This document shows, piece after piece, positions 18,492 to 26,538 of a stretch of 33,623 nucleotides of DNA. The position numbers were made by a program, and so were the translations under genes. A model generated the notes under the pieces. It made no database searches, was not told the origin of the DNA, and was given only the letters and a program-made list of their open reading frames with translations. Origin of the DNA: a virus (Duplodnaviria; Caudoviricetes); IMG/VR virus record IMGVR_UViG_3300005804_000112, positions 1-33,623 of that record, one strand, 5' to 3'. How positions within the stretch are numbered: position 1 is the stretch's first letter; each line of letters begins with the position of its first letter.

Positions 18492-20197
18492 ACAATCACC
18501 GGGTTCTGTATAAATTCATCGAATGAGCCGTCTTCCGGCTCTACAGACATGCAGCGCCCTATCGCCATGATCAGGGCAACTATTCCATCGATCTTGTTTT
18601 CATTCCGTTCCTTGCGCGGATAGATGTTGTCTTTCGCGTCGATCTTCGCAACGACATTAGACGCCATCCATGTCAATACTTTGCAGTCACCGTGCGCCAG
18701 CTTCTTTTCAAACACCAGCTTTTCAACCTCTTTCATAGGCTCGCTCATGGTTGCGACAACCTGCCGAACCTCTACCATAGGCATCTGTTCGGCCATCATC
18801 TCGTTTGCCAGCTGCTGCGCTTGCCATGGGTCATAGGCCACCTCTTTCACAGCGAACCTACCGGCGGATTCTCTGAGATCGTCCTTGATCTGTTCGAAAT
18901 CGATAACGTCGCCATCGGTCAGCGTCAAGATGCCGTCAGCATGCAGCGCCTTATAAAGCGCGGCGTTTGTATCTTCCATATCAAGCACGCGGCTTTCCGG
19001 AACGTAGTAATTCCCATGGACATGATAGAGAGGGTCTCCCTCAACAGGAGGGAAAACCAGCTCCATCGCCGCGATGTCAACCTTGCTTGCCAGGTCGAGG
19101 GCAATGAAACACGGTCGCCCTTCAAGCTCTGACAGTGGTTTTCTCTTCGGGCACTGTCTCCACTTGAGCATGTTCATCCATGCTTCTTTTGCACCAACCC
19201 ACTCATTTAGGTGCTTCGTTCGGAAGACGGCCTGTTTTGCACTGCTCTGCATGGCTTCGCGCTGCCGTGCCTGAAGGAACTCGCCGTCTACAGATACGCC
19301 ATAGTTCGGGTTCGCCTTTCTCAGCACCTCTTCGCTGGTCCAATCGTCTCCCTCATCGATGCCATATATCAGCGCCCATAGGTCAGGGCGTTCAATTGCG
19401 CCTTCAAGCATCTTCTGAGCGTCCCGGCAGAACTCATAACACGGTCCGCCGATCAGTGCCCCTGCTGTGGTAATGGTCAGCATAAGCGCTTGTTCTCTGG
19501 CACCCATGCCCGTCTTCATTGTGTCGTACAGGTCCGATGTCTGATGCTCATGGTATTCGTCAACAATCGCGCATGATGGGCTTTGTCCATCTCCGGGATT
19601 GCCTATGATCGGCTCGAACTTCGATCCGTCCATCAGCCGGTGAATATTGGAAGCGTTCGCCTTGACGTTGAACGCGAGCTGAAGCTTCGGTGTCCGCTCA
19701 ACCATCAGCTTTGCAGGTTTGAAGACTTCCCATGCCTGTTTTTCGGTTGTCGCTCCGGAATAAACCTCTGCTCCGTAGTCGCCATCTGCCAGCAGCATAT
19801 AGAGGCCGATAGCAGCGCCGAGAATAGACTTCCCGTTCTTGCGCGGGATGAGAATCAGGATGTCCTGAAACCGGCGCTTCCCGGTATCCTTCCGTACCCA
19901 TCCGAACGGTACGCAATACGCAAAGCATTGCCATGGTTGCATTTTGATGTTCTCCCGATGCGCGGCCCATCTGCCCTTGGTATGCGGTAGCAGTTCGATG
20001 AACTTCACAACGCGCTCAACCTTTTCCGGGTCAAACCGGTACGGGAACGCCTTATCTTTTGAGCGTTTCAGATCGTCCTGGTGCCGTTTGCATGCGAGCC
20101 GAACCCACTTGTTGACCGGCGTCCGCTTTGCAATGACATTGCGGATATACTGATCAGCTCTCTGCATTCCGCTCCCTATGGTCGGTTTCTTTTTCAA
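18488..20197 (-). CDS. terL: Terminase large subunit
   Basis: Walker A PRKNGKS, Walker B IVDEYH, ITTAG, LDLAS, YDPW, KIDGIVALIMA. Confidence 0.96.
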   Translation of the reverse strand: MKKKPTIGSGMQRADQYIRNVIAKRTPVNKWVRLACKRHQDDLKRSKDKAFPYRFDPEKVERVVKFIELLPHTKGRWAAHRENIKMQPWQCFAYCVPFGWVRKDTGKRRFQDILILIPRKNGKSILGAAIGLYMLLADGDYGAEVYSGATTEKQAWEVFKPAKLMVERTPKLQLAFNVKANASNIHRLMDGSKFEPIIGNPGDGQSPSCAIVDEYHEHQTSDLYDTMKTGMGAREQALMLTITTAGALIGGPCYEFCRDAQKMLEGAIERPDLWALIYGIDEGDDWTSEEVLRKANPNYGVSVDGEFLQARQREAMQSSAKQAVFRTKHLNEWVGAKEAWMNMLKWRQCPKRKPLSELEGRPCFIALDLASKVDIAAMELVFPPVEGDPLYHVHGNYYVPESRVLDMEDTNAALYKALHADGILTLTDGDVIDFEQIKDDLRESAGRFAVKEVAYDPWQAQQLANEMMAEQMPMVEVRQVVATMSEPMKEVEKLVFEKKLAHGDCKVLTWMASNVVAKIDAKDNIYPRKERNENKIDGIVALIMAIGRCMSVEPEDGSFDEFIQNPVIV

Positions 20198-20457
20198 CGG
20201 TCTCGCTTCAGTCCTTCCAGTATCGATCGCAGCTCACCGGCGTAGCCGCGCTGCAGTTCCCAGTTTTTGAGGAGCGCCTTCGCGTTCTGTTCATTGAGTG
20301 AATAAAGCGCACCGGAGCGTTGCCACTGAACCGGATACATAGCAGGAGGATCCGGCAGTGATGGCACCTGCTGGTAGACGTATTCGGTTTTTATAACCTG
20401 ATTACTACCGCAAGCCGTTAAGAGCATCAAGCACAGCATCAGTGCTATCAGTCGCAT
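20194..20457 (-). CDS. Outer-membrane spanin (o-spanin lipoprotein)
   Basis: Lipobox LLTA-C; Pro-rich segment; overlaps the 3' end of the i-spanin. Confidence 0.78.
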   Translation of the reverse strand: MRLIALMLCLMLLTACGSNQVIKTEYVYQQVPSLPDPPAMYPVQWQRSGALYSLNEQNAKALLKNWELQRGYAGELRSILEGLKRDR

Positions 20458-20770
20458 CAGCGCCCCCTTTCAGAGAATCTATCTTCTGCATTGCGGAGAT
20501 CATCGAGCTCTTCGATTTCAGCCGCTTCTCGCAAGTCTCGTTCGTGACAGCGATCTCGTTTTTCATGGTCTTGATGGTTGCTGCATTCGCCGCGTTTGCA
20601 TTCTGGCAATCGTCAAGGTTCTGCTGAATAGCCGCTTTATCTGTCTTGCAGGTATCCAGTCGGTGCCCCTGAAATTTCCATGCGGCTCCGAAGCCGAGCG
20701 TGAAGCAGAGTATCGCCGGAACTCCATACTGGATAATCTTCAGCCATGGTAAAGATGCCAGTGCTATCAT
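20405..20770 (-). CDS. Inner-membrane spanin (i-spanin)
   Basis: Start moved to MIALASLPW; N-terminal TM then coiled coil with Cys residues; o-spanin overlaps. Confidence 0.75.
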   Translation of the reverse strand: MIALASLPWLKIIQYGVPAILCFTLGFGAAWKFQGHRLDTCKTDKAAIQQNLDDCQNANAANAATIKTMKNEIAVTNETCEKRLKSKSSMISAMQKIDSLKGGADATDSTDAVLDALNGLR

Positions 20771-20898
20771 TGTTTTCTCCTGATCTGAAGCCATCGAACG
20801 AACATAAACACAGCGACAATCGATAACCCGAAAAAGAAACCGAGAATCGCCCCGCCGAATGTCAAAAGCATCTGCATGCCGTCAACAAACTCTCTCAT
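20767..20898 (-). CDS. 43-aa single-pass membrane protein, absent from the ORF track
   Basis: MREFVDGMQMLLTFGGAILGFFFGLSIVAVFMFVRWLQIRRKQ*; GAGGGG SD; TGATG and ATGA coupling at its two ends. Confidence 0.72.
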   Translation of the reverse strand: MREFVDGMQMLLTFGGAILGFFFGLSIVAVFMFVRWLQIRRKQ

Positions 20899-21059
20899 CA
20901 GCCCCTCACTTTGTCGATCGCGCCCAGCACATATGCTTCATAACACGCGATGCAAGCCTTATCGTTCTTGTTTGGGCAGCATGCACCTCCGTGCTTGCAA
21001 CCCTTCCCGCGCTCAATCGTCCGCGTCCAGGCGTCAAAGAATCGCACTTTGCGCGGCAT
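20898..21059 (-). CDS. 53-aa Cys-rich protein, absent from the ORF track
   Basis: MPRKVRFFDAWTRTIERGKGCKHGGACCPNKNDKACIACYEAYVLGAIDKVRG*; purine-rich SD; stop overlaps the next ATG. Confidence 0.6.
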   Translation of the reverse strand: MPRKVRFFDAWTRTIERGKGCKHGGACCPNKNDKACIACYEAYVLGAIDKVRG

Positions 21060-21303
21060 CTGCACCCTTCCAAGCTGATATGATTCCCTTCAGTTCGTGA
21101 AGCATGCTCTTGAATAGATGCGGAGCGCATGCGCTTGCTACTCCGACCGGATACGCAATGTAGACTTCCCATGAGATCGGCTTCACTCGGGCATTGATGA
21201 TCAGAGCCGCGCTGAGTACGAGGAACACCGCAACCGGGAGCGCCCTTGTCAGGCTCATGTTTTGCGGGTCGCTCTTGCTCTGCACTATCGCCCTGAAGTT
21301 CAT
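21034..21303 (-). CDS. Putative holin (two hydrophobic segments)
   Basis: SLTRALPVAVFLVLSAALII and WEVYIAYPVGVASAC; ATGA-coupled to the endolysin. Confidence 0.6.
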   Translation of the reverse strand: MNFRAIVQSKSDPQNMSLTRALPVAVFLVLSAALIINARVKPISWEVYIAYPVGVASACAPHLFKSMLHELKGIISAWKGADAAQSAIL

Positions 21304-21746
21304 TGCATGCCCTCTTCAAACAATGCCTTTTCAGCGGCTCTCCGCCTGATAAGACCATTCAGTACCCGACCGCCGCCCTTGTTCCACTTCGGGAACTCAT
21401 CAGCAGCGGAGTCATATTCTCCAGCGTTCAGGCATTTCAGGAGTGTCGATTTCTTGAGCGCCATGCCGCCGACGTTATATGCAAACGAGACAAGAGCGTC
21501 GAACTGACTCTGAGAGATCGGGACCCGAACCAGAGAACATACGCACTGCTCGAAATGATCGAGGTCCTGCATAAGCAGCTCGGTAGCTTCCTCTTCAGTC
21601 AGCGTTCCGAACTCTTCGCCTGGTTGTATGACATGCCCGTACCCGATGGTTCGCTTCCCCGCCGGGCAGATATATTCTTCAGCGGCGAACTGTTCGAACT
21701 CTTTGATAAGTTCTATGCCCTGCTCGCTGGTTTTCATGTCTTTCAC
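21300..21746 (-). CDS. Endolysin, GH24 phage lysozyme
   Basis: GIELIKEFE, Y.CPAGKRTIGYGH, QFDALVSFAYNVG, GLIRRRAAEKALF; no signal-anchor. Confidence 0.95.
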   Translation of the reverse strand: MKDMKTSEQGIELIKEFEQFAAEEYICPAGKRTIGYGHVIQPGEEFGTLTEEEATELLMQDLDHFEQCVCSLVRVPISQSQFDALVSFAYNVGGMALKKSTLLKCLNAGEYDSAADEFPKWNKGGGRVLNGLIRRRAAEKALFEEGMQ

Positions 21747-22042
21747 TTCAAGGCCCCCCGAACGAAATTGACAACGATGCTGATAACAAGCGCCGAACCT
21801 CCGGCAATGAAACCGACCCTCCAGTACAGATTCTTGATGTCGTTATTCACATGCTTGATGTCTTCGCGCAATCCGTTGATTGCATCCCATACGTCCTTGC
21901 CATCGTTCCGGCTGTTATCTTTCATGTCTTTGATCGATGAGTTGATGCTTTCAAGGCATGCCAGCACCTTGCCCTGGAACTTCATGAGGTCTTTCAATTC
22001 GTCCTGTGCCTTGCAATCAAAGCCGCATTCATCGCGCCCCAC
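21743..22042 (-). CDS. Coiled-coil protein with C-terminal TM (XhlA / holin-like)
   Basis: Heptad-rich N-terminus then WRVGFIAGGSALVISIVVNF; immediately upstream of the endolysin. Confidence 0.65.
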   Translation of the reverse strand: MGRDECGFDCKAQDELKDLMKFQGKVLACLESINSSIKDMKDNSRNDGKDVWDAINGLREDIKHVNNDIKNLYWRVGFIAGGSALVISIVVNFVRGALK

Positions 22043-22512
22043 TATCGCCGCCCCCCGTTCGTGCCGTCTTTCATCTCTTCAAACGGATTCGTTTCCTCTT
22101 CGGGACTGTCAACGGTTATGCGAGAACGTGAAGAAGGCGTAAACCCGAGTTCGGAAGCGGCTTTCATGAGGACAAGAGAGGCTCGTGACTTCGCATGAAA
22201 CGCTTGAGAAACAAGCACTGTGCTGCCTTTTTTGCTCGCTATGCCATGCTCGTTGATCTTTTCCTGAGCTGCGATCATGTCGCAATAGGCTGAGACGTAG
22301 ACGGTGAGTATTCCGATGTCGAGCTTTTTTAACAGCCCCTTCGGTGCCTGAGCAATGATATGCTTCCATTCGGCACGTTGGGTTTCGTTGAACCATGCCG
22401 GAGGATTCACGAGATCGCCCTTCGGTTTCGGCTCTTTTTTATTAAGCGGACGTTTCCCGGGGTTGCCCGTGACGATCTTCAAATGTGTCGGTTTCGGCTT
22501 CCGCCCTACCAT
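22042..22512 (-). CDS. terS: Terminase small subunit, P27 family
   Basis: GRKPKPTHLKIVTGNPGKRPLN, PPAWF, ASELGFTPSSRSRI. Confidence 0.95.
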   Translation of the reverse strand: MVGRKPKPTHLKIVTGNPGKRPLNKKEPKPKGDLVNPPAWFNETQRAEWKHIIAQAPKGLLKKLDIGILTVYVSAYCDMIAAQEKINEHGIASKKGSTVLVSQAFHAKSRASLVLMKAASELGFTPSSRSRITVDSPEEETNPFEEMKDGTNGGRR

Positions 22513-22988
22513 GTTGCACCCCCGATGCCCATTTCGCGTTCGTGAAAATTTGACGTGGCGCGCGCTCTAGCTGTTGATTCGGCTGGACTTTTTGACCGCC
22601 CCTCCCGTCCGTTCACTTCTCGCGCAGTTTTTGCGCTATGGCATGCTTTGCAGAGAGATTGAAGGTTTGACCTGTCAAAGAAGAGCTTTGCATTGTTTCG
22701 ATGCGGAGTGATGTGGTCGACATCCGTGGCAATGGTGATTCTCCCGATGTCATTGCATGCCCTGCAAAGAGGTTCGCGCCTGAGCTGTGATTCTCTCATT
22801 GACTGCCATGCTTTGCCGTTGTAAAGCTTGCTACTATGCTTTCTGTCAGCCGTGCGGTTCAACGCTGACTGACGCTCTGCCCTGAGCGCTTCGGTGCGGG
22901 TTATGTGAGAGTGGCAATAGATGCGGCCAAGAGATGCGAGAGCTTTGCAGCCTGGGTACTGACAAACTGATGGTGCGCGATAGGGCAT
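22506..22988 (-). CDS. Packaging-associated HNH endonuclease
   Basis: CQYPGC, PLCRAC, VDHITPH, NLQSLCKACHSAKT; upstream of terS. Confidence 0.93.
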   Translation of the reverse strand: MPYRAPSVCQYPGCKALASLGRIYCHSHITRTEALRAERQSALNRTADRKHSSKLYNGKAWQSMRESQLRREPLCRACNDIGRITIATDVDHITPHRNNAKLFFDRSNLQSLCKACHSAKTAREVNGREGRSKSPAESTARARATSNFHEREMGIGGATW

Positions 22989-23032
22989 GACTTTATGATA
23001 AGGTCACCCCGGCGACATTGCATGTACTATGT

Positions 23033-23287
23033 TCACAAAATTTGCATGACGCTTTTTCTGTTCAGATTACTGAGCCGCTTGGCACTGAGCCCGATCACCG
23101 TATCGTTGTTGCGGACACTTGCCCTGATCATGTCAACGACCGCTTGCCGCTCGATGCGGACTGACCCGCCGCACTTGAGATAAACAATCGCACCTTCATT
23201 ACACCATGCGTACACCTGACGAACTGACACCTGAAAATACAATGCAACTTCATCCGGCCTCAGAATATCCTTGTCAGGTAATTTCAT
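23033..23287 (-). CDS. Excisionase/MerR-like HTH DNA-binding protein
   Basis: LRPDEVALYFQVSVRQVYAWCNEG..GGSVRI. Confidence 0.85.
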   Translation of the reverse strand: MKLPDKDILRPDEVALYFQVSVRQVYAWCNEGAIVYLKCGGSVRIERQAVVDMIRASVRNNDTVIGLSAKRLSNLNRKSVMQIL

Positions 23288-23538
23288 CCGTTCACTACCT
23301 CCATGATTTCTTTCATGTCGCTCACGGGCCCCAGCAAGATAAAGAACTTGCCCTTCTGCATATCCAGCGCGGTGCCCTGCAATATCAAACCATCAGGGAC
23401 TTCGAGCTGCCAGCGCATTTCCCCTAGCGGCCCGTCACTCAGGCGCTTCACCAGCTGTACCGGCAGCTTTATGGCAAACTTCGCCCCGGAGGATTCGCCC
23501 TTTGCAGATTCCGCAGACTTCTTTGCTTGGCGCTTCAT
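23284..23538 (-). CDS. Hypothetical protein
   Basis: 84 aa; GGAGG SD; ATGA coupling at both ends. Confidence 0.6.
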   Translation of the reverse strand: MKRQAKKSAESAKGESSGAKFAIKLPVQLVKRLSDGPLGEMRWQLEVPDGLILQGTALDMQKGKFFILLGPVSDMKEIMEVVNG

Positions 23539-23735
23539 CGATCGCCTCCCCGCTCGTTCCGTGAACTTTCACTATCATGACCCTGCACCCGATGAACCAG
23601 ATCGCTTTCATTTCCGTCCCTCTTGTCCCGATGGCTTTTATATTCTCTTTCGCATGTCGGACAGGTCTCCATTATGCCCCTGAGAAAGCAGAAGACCGTC
23701 CCGCAGTCGCAATGAAATTCAAATGGCGTACTCAT
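23535..23735 (-). CDS. Small putative zinc-ribbon protein
   Basis: Start moved to MSTPFEFHCDCG (ATGA overlap with resolvase stop); CDC..CPTC. Confidence 0.55.
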   Translation of the reverse strand: MSTPFEFHCDCGTVFCFLRGIMETCPTCEREYKSHRDKRDGNESDLVHRVQGHDSESSRNERGGDR

Positions 23736-24286
23736 GCTGCACCCTGCCCGATCTTCACCATGCCAAGCTTGATATGCTGTCTCAATGTCCGGCACATAGC
23801 TATTGCATCGCTCTCATCGTCCCGGCACGTTCTGCCGAGCTTTTGCTGAGCAGCGATCTGGTCTTCCCATTTCGCCCGGGTACCTTTCCAGTAGTTCGGC
23901 GTTACTCCGGCATGCTGAATGCCCCATTCTGCCAGCACAGACTGTATCGAGTCAGCGGCCCCGGCCATCTGGTACATGCTGAGCTTGTTGGTCTGTTTCC
24001 CGAAGCCGCGAGTTACCCGAGCGTAATCTTTCGCCTCCGGCACCTCAACCCATGCAAAGAGGATATCGATCTTCTTCATGCCAAGTATGCTCTTCACTTT
24101 ACGCTCAAGATCAAGGACCCGATAGCCATAATTAGGACGATAGAGCTTGAAGCGTTCGCGTTCCTGAGCGGTCATTTTATCGCCCTTGTCGGTGTGCAAC
24201 ACCCCGGAGATAATAATCTCGCCGTCAGAGAGTCGCATAACACAAAAGCCGCAATTAGCAATGCTGCTGTCGAATGCCGCTATCAT
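23732..24286 (-). CDS. RuvC-like Holliday junction resolvase
   Basis: IAAFDSSIANCGFCV (catalytic D), WVEVP, TPNYWK, DDESDAIAM. Confidence 0.8.
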   Translation of the reverse strand: MIAAFDSSIANCGFCVMRLSDGEIIISGVLHTDKGDKMTAQERERFKLYRPNYGYRVLDLERKVKSILGMKKIDILFAWVEVPEAKDYARVTRGFGKQTNKLSMYQMAGAADSIQSVLAEWGIQHAGVTPNYWKGTRAKWEDQIAAQQKLGRTCRDDESDAIAMCRTLRQHIKLGMVKIGQGAA

Positions 24287-24507
24287 TCCAGCGCACCTAC
24301 CTGTTCTCTGACCTTGGCTCGTTCGTCAATACGCCGTGCCAGCTCAAATGCTCTTTCTCGCTCATGCTCCGGGATTCTCCCGCCGTTTCTGTGAATCAGA
24401 CCCGCCAGCGCGGTCACTTCGGGATGATCGAGGTTGTCAACTTTTTCTTCCAGCATCAAGATTCGCACCTCTGCATTGAGAAGCCGTTTTTTGTCAGCGT
24501 CTGTCAT
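24283..24507 (-). CDS. Hypothetical helical protein (74 aa)
   Basis: Start moved to MTDADKKRL (ATGA overlap with dnaB stop); coupled to the resolvase. Confidence 0.65.
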   Translation of the reverse strand: MTDADKKRLLNAEVRILMLEEKVDNLDHPEVTALAGLIHRNGGRIPEHERERAFELARRIDERAKVREQVGALE

Positions 24508-25775
24508 TGTTCGATTTCCTCCCACTGCATGCGGTCTGCATGGAAATTGAGATATTTCGTGCCGGTCCCCATATTCCGCCCTTTTGCGAAAATGAGTTCG
24601 GTCCGGCGCGGCTGTTCTTTCTGGTTCTCGCAATACAAAAACGCGATGACGTCTGCATCCTGCTCGATCGCGCCTGATTCGCGGAGATCCGCCAGCGTCG
24701 GCCGTCTGCCATCTGCATTTCGATTTAACTGGCTGAGTGCCACGATCGGTATGCAATGCTGCTTTGCGAGCATCTTCAGGACCCTGCTAATCTCCGCCAC
24801 TTCTCGTTCCCGGTTTTTGTTCTGGCCGGCTGCGCTTGCAAGCTGGAGGTAATCGAGGATGATGAGCTGGCAACCATGCTGCAGCACCATCTGCGTTATT
24901 GTTTTTTCGATCTGCCCGATAGTGAACGCCGTTGTAGTCACATGGATCGGCAGCGCTGCCATGCGTTCAATTCCTCGCATTATTCCCGGCCAAGTTTCCC
25001 GCGGCACGAACCCTTGTCGCAGTCTCCACATATCCACACCTGAGAGCGCTGCGAGCGACCGCTGCCCGAGCTGCTGACGGCTCATTTCAAGCTCAAGCAC
25101 TCCGACCGGAACGGCGCAATTCTCAGCGATGTGCATCGCAAACGCAGATTTGCCCATTGACGGACGCGCCCCGATAACGATCAGATCTTCCGGCTGCATG
25201 CCGTCTGTCCACTCATCAACGCCTGGGAAGCCCCACGAGATACCGCCGATCAGTGCCCCTTTTTTGTGCCTGGCCTCTACATGCTGCATGACCTCTTTTG
25301 CAATCTCCCTGTATGTGACAATCTCGCCGCCGCTGATCAGTAAGCTGCTTGTTTTCAGTCGAAGTGTTGATATCAGCTCGTCGAGTGTATCGTTTTGGAC
25401 GTTTTCAAGAACTTCCCTGCATGCTTTGATTAATCCACGCTTCCGGCTGCACTCTTTCACGATTCCCGCATGATATTGCGCGAGAGAGGTTGTTGCAATG
25501 CTATTCACCATCCGTGAGAACTCAACCCACTCATCCCCGCATTCACGCTTGATGCCGATAACGTCTACCGGGTTTCCTTCGCGGTGCAATTTCAGCGCTG
25601 CTTTGAACAGCCTCTGATGCACCGGCTTGTAAAAATCAGCCGGTTCGAGGTCAAGAGTTGCCATGAGCCCCGATGAAGAGAAGTTGCAAGCATCGATGCC
25701 GATGGCACCCAGCAACAACTCCTCAGCGGCGATGTCCTGAGGCGGTGCATTCAAAAGTTCACTATTCGTTTCCAT
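24504..25775 (-). CDS. dnaB: Phage replicative DNA helicase
   Basis: PPQDIAAE, GARPSMGKSAFA, LEMS, LDYLQL, ALSQLNR, DLRESGAIEQDAD. Confidence 0.95.
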   Translation of the reverse strand: METNSELLNAPPQDIAAEELLLGAIGIDACNFSSSGLMATLDLEPADFYKPVHQRLFKAALKLHREGNPVDVIGIKRECGDEWVEFSRMVNSIATTSLAQYHAGIVKECSRKRGLIKACREVLENVQNDTLDELISTLRLKTSSLLISGGEIVTYREIAKEVMQHVEARHKKGALIGGISWGFPGVDEWTDGMQPEDLIVIGARPSMGKSAFAMHIAENCAVPVGVLELEMSRQQLGQRSLAALSGVDMWRLRQGFVPRETWPGIMRGIERMAALPIHVTTTAFTIGQIEKTITQMVLQHGCQLIILDYLQLASAAGQNKNREREVAEISRVLKMLAKQHCIPIVALSQLNRNADGRRPTLADLRESGAIEQDADVIAFLYCENQKEQPRRTELIFAKGRNMGTGTKYLNFHADRMQWEEIEQ

Positions 25776-26538
25776 TCAGTTCCCTCTCCCTCCGCATGAT
25801 TGCAGCTCTTTCTGCTGCCTGATCGAGTGGCTTACCGTCTTCCGCTGGCTTTTTGCCGTTGCCGTTTGAGTTATGGGTTTTCTCCCATGTCCGGACAGCC
25901 GCCTTCCAATCAGCCATCGGCACCTTTCCAACTCTCCAGCCGTTTGCGGTGTAATGGTTAATCCATGCTTGCGGATCGACAGAATTTCCGCGTTCTTTGC
26001 AATAAGCCGAGACATCTTCAAGCCTCGGTTTTTTGAACGCATCTTTTTTTATAAAAGACTTATCTTTATCTCCACCTCCACTTGAAGGGTTCATATGAAC
26101 CCCTTCTAAAGGGTATGGATAGGGTATCTCTGAAGTGAACAAATTCAAAGACTTATACTTTTCAATGAAAAGTGCAACAAAATGATGCCCTTCAGGAAGT
26201 GAAAGAAGGTTCTTCCTGATAGCGGTCACTATTTTGGGGGAAATTCTGCCCGTTTTGAGGAATTGACGCTTCACATGATTCAGCACAATGATGATCTGAG
26301 CGTCCCTGTCATACTGCACTTTCGGATAGAGTATGGATAGGGTATCTTCGATTTGTTTCAAGCTCAATCCGGTTTCATTCCGAATCGTCGTAAGGCTTAT
26401 GGGATATACACATGCGACGTTTTTGTGGTCATTCGTCCAGGTGTAATTAAAGAGCAGTTTTCCGAGAGGAGGGAGTTCCTGCACCCACGGGTCAGACCAT
26501 GTTGAAGTATCGAAATCGACTATTGGCATGCTAGGCAA
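25762..26538 (-). CDS. Phage replication initiator / replisome organiser
   Basis: N-terminal wHTH-like (WSDPWV..KLLF.Y..TN..ETGL); C-terminal FKKP..V..YC.ER..HYTANGW.VGK..M.DWKAAVRTWE; upstream of dnaB. Confidence 0.8.
   Translation of the reverse strand: MPSMPIVDFDTSTWSDPWVQELPPLGKLLFNYTWTNDHKNVACVYPISLTTIRNETGLSLKQIEDTLSILYPKVQYDRDAQIIIVLNHVKRQFLKTGRISPKIVTAIRKNLLSLPEGHHFVALFIEKYKSLNLFTSEIPYPYPLEGVHMNPSSGGGDKDKSFIKKDAFKKPRLEDVSAYCKERGNSVDPQAWINHYTANGWRVGKVPMADWKAAVRTWEKTHNSNGNGKKPAEDGKPLDQAAERAAIMRRERELNGNE

Noticed and set aside
20906-21358. 150-aa minus-strand ORF over the holin
   Set aside because: Overlaps endolysin and holin; the coupled 89-, 53- and 43-aa ORFs explain the region better.
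21303-22142. 279-aa plus-strand ORF and other plus-strand ORFs across 2264-29784
   Set aside because: Antisense to a continuous coupled minus-strand operon; no recognisable motifs.
23033-23287. Calling the HTH protein the excisionase
   Set aside because: Fold fits, but it is far from att and integrase and sits at the early/late boundary.
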